Below are positions 59,481 through 64,000 of a DNA stretch of 64,000 bases, piece by piece. The translations under genes were made by a program, and so were the position numbers. Where the stretch lies: contig JAWAFZ010000005.1 in assembly GCA_038890155.1 (NCBI GenBank), forward strand, positions 505 through 64,504. Direction: 5' to 3'. Each line of letters opens with the position of its first letter. Within the stretch, counting starts at the first letter, position 1. The notes beneath the pieces were generated by a model. That model was given only the letters and a program-made list of their open reading frames with translations. It was not told where the DNA came from and ran no database searches. Origin of the DNA: Candidatus Caldarchaeum sp. (GTDB lineage: Archaea; Thermoproteota; Nitrososphaeria_A; Caldarchaeales; Caldarchaeaceae).

Positions 59481-60415
59481 AACTAGACATCACTCTAGGC
59501 CCGTTTGTGAACGACCCCCTGCGCTCGGTCCAACTCGGAGTACTTGCCGAGAAGCTTGGGTTTAATGGGGTATGGATAACTCACGACCCTCTCTGGGAGA
59601 ATTCATGGGTGGTATGCGGAGGCCTCGCCTCGAACACGGAGAGGATAGAAGTTGGACCAGGGATAGTCAACCCGTACAGCTCGACCGTTGTGGAGATCGC
59701 CATGGGTTCTTCAACCCTCCAAAACATGTCCCGCGGCAGAGCCAACTTAGGAGTTGGCCCCGGGTCTAAAAAAATGCTCGAGGAAAGCGGGCTCGGTCAT
59801 AGGGACCTTCTGCAGACCCTCGACTCGACTATCGATTATTTGAAGAGAGAGTTGAACCCTGAGACGAGCATTTTGAGAGTGAAGCCTGTAAGGGAGGTCC
59901 CGGTATTCGTGGGATGCCAATCACCGAGACTTCTTGAAAGGATAGGGAGATGGAAGGTTGGCGGTCTCATTCTGCTGACTCCTCCGGGTTACGCTGGTGT
60001 GGCCTTGAAACACATATCCCGCGGGTACGGAGGATCTCTGGATGAGCAGTTCCGCTCCAAACAAATAGCTTCCATACTTTGTGCGGTGGACAAAGACGAA
60101 AACGAGGCGAGGAAAAGCTTCGCAAAATTCATAGTCCACATCCTGAAGTACCTCGCGCCCGCTCAGCTAGAATACCTGTCCATCGACCGCAAGAATATAG
60201 CTGAGGCGGAGAAGTCTTACGCTGAGGGTGGATGGGAAGCCTTACCGTCGAGAATTTATGAGCTGGGAGCGGTAGGGGTTGAGGACGTCATCAGGAAAAT
60301 CGAGGCCTTAGAGAAGGTTGGTTTTACGAGAATTAAAATAGGTTCCCCACTAGGTAGGGATTTGGAGAAAACATTAGAACTTCTGGCCTCGGATGTGCTG
60401 CCTCACTTTAGGTAG
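59477..60415 (+). CDS. LLM-class (Mer-like, probably F420-dependent) oxidoreductase
   Basis: AEKLGF.GVW, VGPGIVNPY, SRGRANLGVGPG, IGSPLG. Confidence 0.88.
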   Translation: MKLDITLGPFVNDPLRSVQLGVLAEKLGFNGVWITHDPLWENSWVVCGGLASNTERIEVGPGIVNPYSSTVVEIAMGSSTLQNMSRGRANLGVGPGSKKMLEESGLGHRDLLQTLDSTIDYLKRELNPETSILRVKPVREVPVFVGCQSPRLLERIGRWKVGGLILLTPPGYAGVALKHISRGYGGSLDEQFRSKQIASILCAVDKDENEARKSFAKFIVHILKYLAPAQLEYLSIDRKNIAEAEKSYAEGGWEALPSRIYELGAVGVEDVIRKIEALEKVGFTRIKIGSPLGRDLEKTLELLASDVLPHFR

Positions 60416-60768
60416 CGTTCTATGATTTTTGTCAGCGCTGGCAGGATTTCTATCCCGGTTGGAGGGTTGAAGGCCGTCACCAAAACCCCGGACATGAACG
60501 GCAGTATCAAGACGTTTATGCCCTTCATAGAGGCGTAAATGTATTCAAGGTCTCCATAGTATTTTCTGTTTTGAATGAGGAGGAGGGCGTACTTAGCCGT
60601 CTCTACATCTACTCGAGAGGAAACCTCCTGTGGGTCTAGCGACTCTACACCCGGCCTCATACCTCCAGCTACGTGATTCGCCTCCGAGTCAAAAATCTCG
60701 GCGTACCGCACGTTGGGATGTATTGCAAAAACCTCTTTCAACAGACGATCACAAGCATCAACATCCAT
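60403..60768 (-). CDS. Small roadblock/profilin-like fold protein (tentative)
   Basis: VRYAEIFD....VAGGMRPG pattern, YGDLEY, beta-rich C-terminus. Confidence 0.6.
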   Translation of the reverse strand: MDVDACDRLLKEVFAIHPNVRYAEIFDSEANHVAGGMRPGVESLDPQEVSSRVDVETAKYALLLIQNRKYYGDLEYIYASMKGINVLILPFMSGVLVTAFNPPTGIEILPALTKIIERYLK

Positions 60769-60789
60769 AACCTACCCAGCCTCCTCCGG

Positions 60790-61776
60790 TTAAAGTACGT
60801 TTTGGAGGGAAGACCACAGACGTCCCGTGAACTCAATCGCTTTTTCCAAGTCCTCTCCTAGAGGCGGGCCTATGTTGAAGTGGACCAAACCCTGTCCGGC
60901 GAGTTGTTTAAACCTGCTTACAATCAGGTTTGGCTGGTCGTATGTACCCGCTATAACGAGGTTGAACATCTTGGGCGAGACTAGGTCAAGGGCTTGCTCG
61001 AATTCCCCGTTTTGAGACAGCTTCTCGATTTCGGCGAAATCACTGCGCTTCAGCCCAGCGGTTCCGAGAACCTCGTCGGAAAGCAAAGGCCCGTAGTATG
61101 CTATCAACTCTCTCGGCTTTCTGCTCGACATCAGCTCCTCCCTAGTATCTGCGACGTAGTACCAGACACAGCCTGAAACATCTATGCTGTTTATGCTCCG
61201 ACCGTGTTTCATGGCTGAATTCCTGATGATGGGCAAGAATTTTGTGGCGGCTTCGGGCGGAACCAGCAACGGCAGACCGCCGTCGCCAAGCCTTCCAATC
61301 AACTCAACGGTCTTCGGCCCTTGGCCTCCTATGTATATTGGTATGCTAAAACCGGGGTTGAACGTAAGCCGCCTCGAATCGCCCTCCATCCTCATCAGTT
61401 TCTTCAGGTTTTCGACAGCCGTAATGAATGAGCGCAGCGGCTTGTCCACACGTATTCCGGCCCATCTCAGGGTTTCCTGAGCACCCACACCTAGCCCCAG
61501 CCTAAACCGTCCTTCACTCAACTCGGACAGCGTGGCCGCACGCATCGCAATCTCAACAACGCTGGAGCTGAACGGGTTTACGACCGCAGTCCCCAGCCCT
61601 ATCCTCTCCGTGGCTTTAGCCGCAGCGGACAGAACAACCCAAGCATCCCGTTTGAAGAGGTCTTCGCAGTACCAAAAACAGTCAAAGCCGCTTAGCTCTG
61701 CTTGGGCCGCCAGCTTGACCGCCCTGCTGGAATCCGCCATATCGCTGTTTAGTCGAAGGCTGAGTAAAGGCCTCAT
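60790..61776 (-). CDS. LLM-class (Mer-like, probably F420-dependent) oxidoreductase
   Basis: AELSGFD, IGLGTAVVNPF, ELSEGRFRLGLG.G, PIYIGGQGP, IGPPLG. Confidence 0.9.
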   Translation of the reverse strand: MRPLLSLRLNSDMADSSRAVKLAAQAELSGFDCFWYCEDLFKRDAWVVLSAAAKATERIGLGTAVVNPFSSSVVEIAMRAATLSELSEGRFRLGLGVGAQETLRWAGIRVDKPLRSFITAVENLKKLMRMEGDSRRLTFNPGFSIPIYIGGQGPKTVELIGRLGDGGLPLLVPPEAATKFLPIIRNSAMKHGRSINSIDVSGCVWYYVADTREELMSSRKPRELIAYYGPLLSDEVLGTAGLKRSDFAEIEKLSQNGEFEQALDLVSPKMFNLVIAGTYDQPNLIVSRFKQLAGQGLVHFNIGPPLGEDLEKAIEFTGRLWSSLQNVL

Positions 61777-61777
61777 C

Positions 61778-64000
61778 CTAAGAACTATTGTGCTTCAACA
61801 GCTCCCACAGAGTCATCGGCTTGATGTGGCTGTTGGAGAGCTTCACACCCAACGCGTCCTCGACGGCTGCAGCGATAGCGGCGAGCGGAGAGCCTCCTCC
61901 TTCACCAACGCCACGCGTACCAAGCGGGCTTGCAAGGCTAGGAGTTTCGAGGCTAACTACCTTTTCGAACATGGGGACGTCGGTGGCTGTTGGCGCCAGA
62001 TAGTCCATCAAGCTAGAGTTCAGCAGCTGACCATCCTCAGAATACTCAAAATTCTCGTAAAGAGCAGCCGCATAGGCGTTGAAAGCTGAGCCGACGACCT
62101 GTCCACGCACTATCAACGGGTTTATTTCTTTACCACAGTCGTCAACGATAGCGTAGTCCAACACCTTCACCATCCCCGTCTCCGTGTCCACCTCCACCAC
62201 AGCAGCATGGACTTGATAAGAATAGGTAAGGGTTAGGTTCGCCTTTTTCTCCTCGGGGCTCGGATATGTGAATTCAGGTGCATAGACAGCGTGGGCAAAT
62301 AATCCCGGCTCCAGCCCCTTGGGCAGCAGCATCAGGTTGGACCAAGCCACGTTAGCTATCTGCCACAACGGCATCTTCTTACCGCCGTCCCGGGTCGTCG
62401 CCTCTCCGTTGACGATCGAGACATCCTTCGGGTCAACCGACAACAAGCCAGCAGCAATTTGAATTACTTTCTCACGGACCATCCTAGCCGCCTTCACGAG
62501 GGCGGTGGCGCCGAGGGCGGCGAACCTGCTCGCATAAGTACCGGAATGGCCTGAGAACGGGTTTGCGAACGAGTCGAAGCCTATCAGAACCGTCACTGAG
62601 TCGGGGTGGACGCCTAGCTCGTCAGCAACAAGCTGGCGCACAACTGTTTCATGGCCCTGTCCCTGCGGGCTGCTGCTCACCGCCGCAATCACATTCCCCA
62701 TGTTGTCTATCTTCACCCAAGCTGCCTCGCTACCGCCCGACATCGGAAAGTGGGGGTTGATTATCTTCACCTGACCGAAGTTGTTTGACCCCGAGTCCAA
62801 CGTCACGCCGAAACCTATTCCAATCTTTTTCCGACGGTCGCTGTTCTGCTTCTTGACGCCAAGCCACTTCTCATAATTAATGAGCTCACAAACCTTCTGG
62901 GTTGCCGTTGGATAGTCGCCGCCATCGTAGACACAGCCGCTGGGAGAAGTGTAGGGCATCTCCTCCGGCCTTATGAAATTCCTCATCCTTATCTTTACAG
63001 GGTCTATGCCGAGGCGTTTAGCCGCTATATCCATCACCCGCTCGATCATCCACATGTGCTGCAGGCGGGAGTATCCTCTGACCGGGCCGGTTGGACACTT
63101 ATTGGTCGTGACTGTTTGAAAATCAACGAACAGGTTTTTGAACCGGTAAACGTTGCATGATACTTGCGCCCATATTACTGCGCCCAGCGGCTCGTACCTC
63201 GGGTACGCGCCTATGTCATCTATAGCCCGAACCTTCATCCCCAGCAGCGTCCCGTCTCTCCTAAAAGCCGCTTGAACGTGGAATGTTCTCTCGTTGCAGT
63301 GGGACGAAGAGGCCAAGAGGTTTTCACGCCGGGTCTCCACCCATTTTACAGGCCTTTTGACGAGCTGCGAAAGCAGCCCTATCAGCGTCATGTAGGTATA
63401 GTTGTTTATCTTTGTCCCGAATCCTCCTCCGATGTCGTAGCTGACTAGGCGGATTTTGTTCAAAGGTCTCTTGAGGGCCACACTTATCATGAAGCCGACA
63501 ACCATGGGCATCTGATTGTTTGCGTAAATTGTCATTAAATCATTCTGCGAGTGATAGTCCGCCACAACTACGTTGTTCTCCAAGGGGATAGCGCTGTACC
63601 TGTCGAATTTTAAATGTTCCTCGATGACCACGTCAGCTTCCTTCAGAGCTCCTTCAACATCGCCGTAGTTGTAAACACCATGCCACACAACGTTGCTTCC
63701 AAGCTCTTCATGGACCGTGGGCGAGCTCGGGCTGACAGCCTTTTCACCGTCGACAACAGCCGGAAGAACCTCGTACTCGACCTCTATGCGCTCCAGAGCG
63801 TCGTACGCAGTGTAAAAGTCCTCAGCCACCACGGCCGCAACAGGCTCACCCATGTACCGCACCTTGTCCACCGCCATGCAGTAATCACGAATCCTGTCCG
63901 CGGGAGGCGGTGCAATCTGTGGATACGGATTGGTTAGCAGCGCCACCTCCCTTCCCGTTATTACTTTCAAAACTCCCGGCATGCTCTCCGCTTTAGACGT
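61778..64000 (-). CDS. Xanthine dehydrogenase-family molybdopterin-binding large subunit (5' end beyond window)
   Basis: VRYMGEPVA, IGGGFGTK, QGQGHET, DCGKEINP, RGVGEGG; active-site loop PVRGYSR. Confidence 0.93.
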   Translation of the reverse strand, partial: TSKAESMPGVLKVITGREVALLTNPYPQIAPPPADRIRDYCMAVDKVRYMGEPVAAVVAEDFYTAYDALERIEVEYEVLPAVVDGEKAVSPSSPTVHEELGSNVVWHGVYNYGDVEGALKEADVVIEEHLKFDRYSAIPLENNVVVADYHSQNDLMTIYANNQMPMVVGFMISVALKRPLNKIRLVSYDIGGGFGTKINNYTYMTLIGLLSQLVKRPVKWVETRRENLLASSSHCNERTFHVQAAFRRDGTLLGMKVRAIDDIGAYPRYEPLGAVIWAQVSCNVYRFKNLFVDFQTVTTNKCPTGPVRGYSRLQHMWMIERVMDIAAKRLGIDPVKIRMRNFIRPEEMPYTSPSGCVYDGGDYPTATQKVCELINYEKWLGVKKQNSDRRKKIGIGFGVTLDSGSNNFGQVKIINPHFPMSGGSEAAWVKIDNMGNVIAAVSSSPQGQGHETVVRQLVADELGVHPDSVTVLIGFDSFANPFSGHSGTYASRFAALGATALVKAARMVREKVIQIAAGLLSVDPKDVSIVNGEATTRDGGKKMPLWQIANVAWSNLMLLPKGLEPGLFAHAVYAPEFTYPSPEEKKANLTLTYSYQVHAAVVEVDTETGMVKVLDYAIVDDCGKEINPLIVRGQVVGSAFNAYAAALYENFEYSEDGQLLNSSLMDYLAPTATDVPMFEKVVSLETPSLASPLGTRGVGEGGGSPLAAIAAAVEDALGVKLSNSHIKPMTLWELLKHNSS

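Overview
A gene-dense archaeal chromosome segment made mostly of housekeeping genes: radA, fen, cdc48, gatDE, aRF1, rps17e, rps19e, rpl10e, rpoP, rpp21, nep1, two purP genes, a his cluster, pyk, acnA, ilvC and leuD. The gene content, TATA-like promoters and frequent TTG/GTG starts suggest a TACK archaeon, plausibly Aigarchaeota/Caldarchaeales (inference). I saw no rRNA, tRNA, CRISPR array or transposase. Features the ORF track misses: (1) a doubly frameshifted ThaI-like restriction endonuclease facing an intact N4-C methyltransferase; (2) an ABC exporter operon with one nonsense and two homopolymer lesions; (3) a candidate box C/D guide sRNA after radA whose two guides match conserved 16S rRNA motifs; (4) a deleted SQR-like flavoprotein relic; (5) a 35-aa CxC microprotein ORF; (6) probable CTG starts in rps17e and hisB; (7) a 41-nt exact repeat between the two Walker A regions of cdc48. 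The best candidates for uncharacterised systems are an orphan HerA-NurA pair and a cluster of a Liv-type ABC importer, two LLM oxidoreductases, a roadblock-like protein and a molybdenum hydroxylase. All family calls come from recalled motifs; no searches were run.
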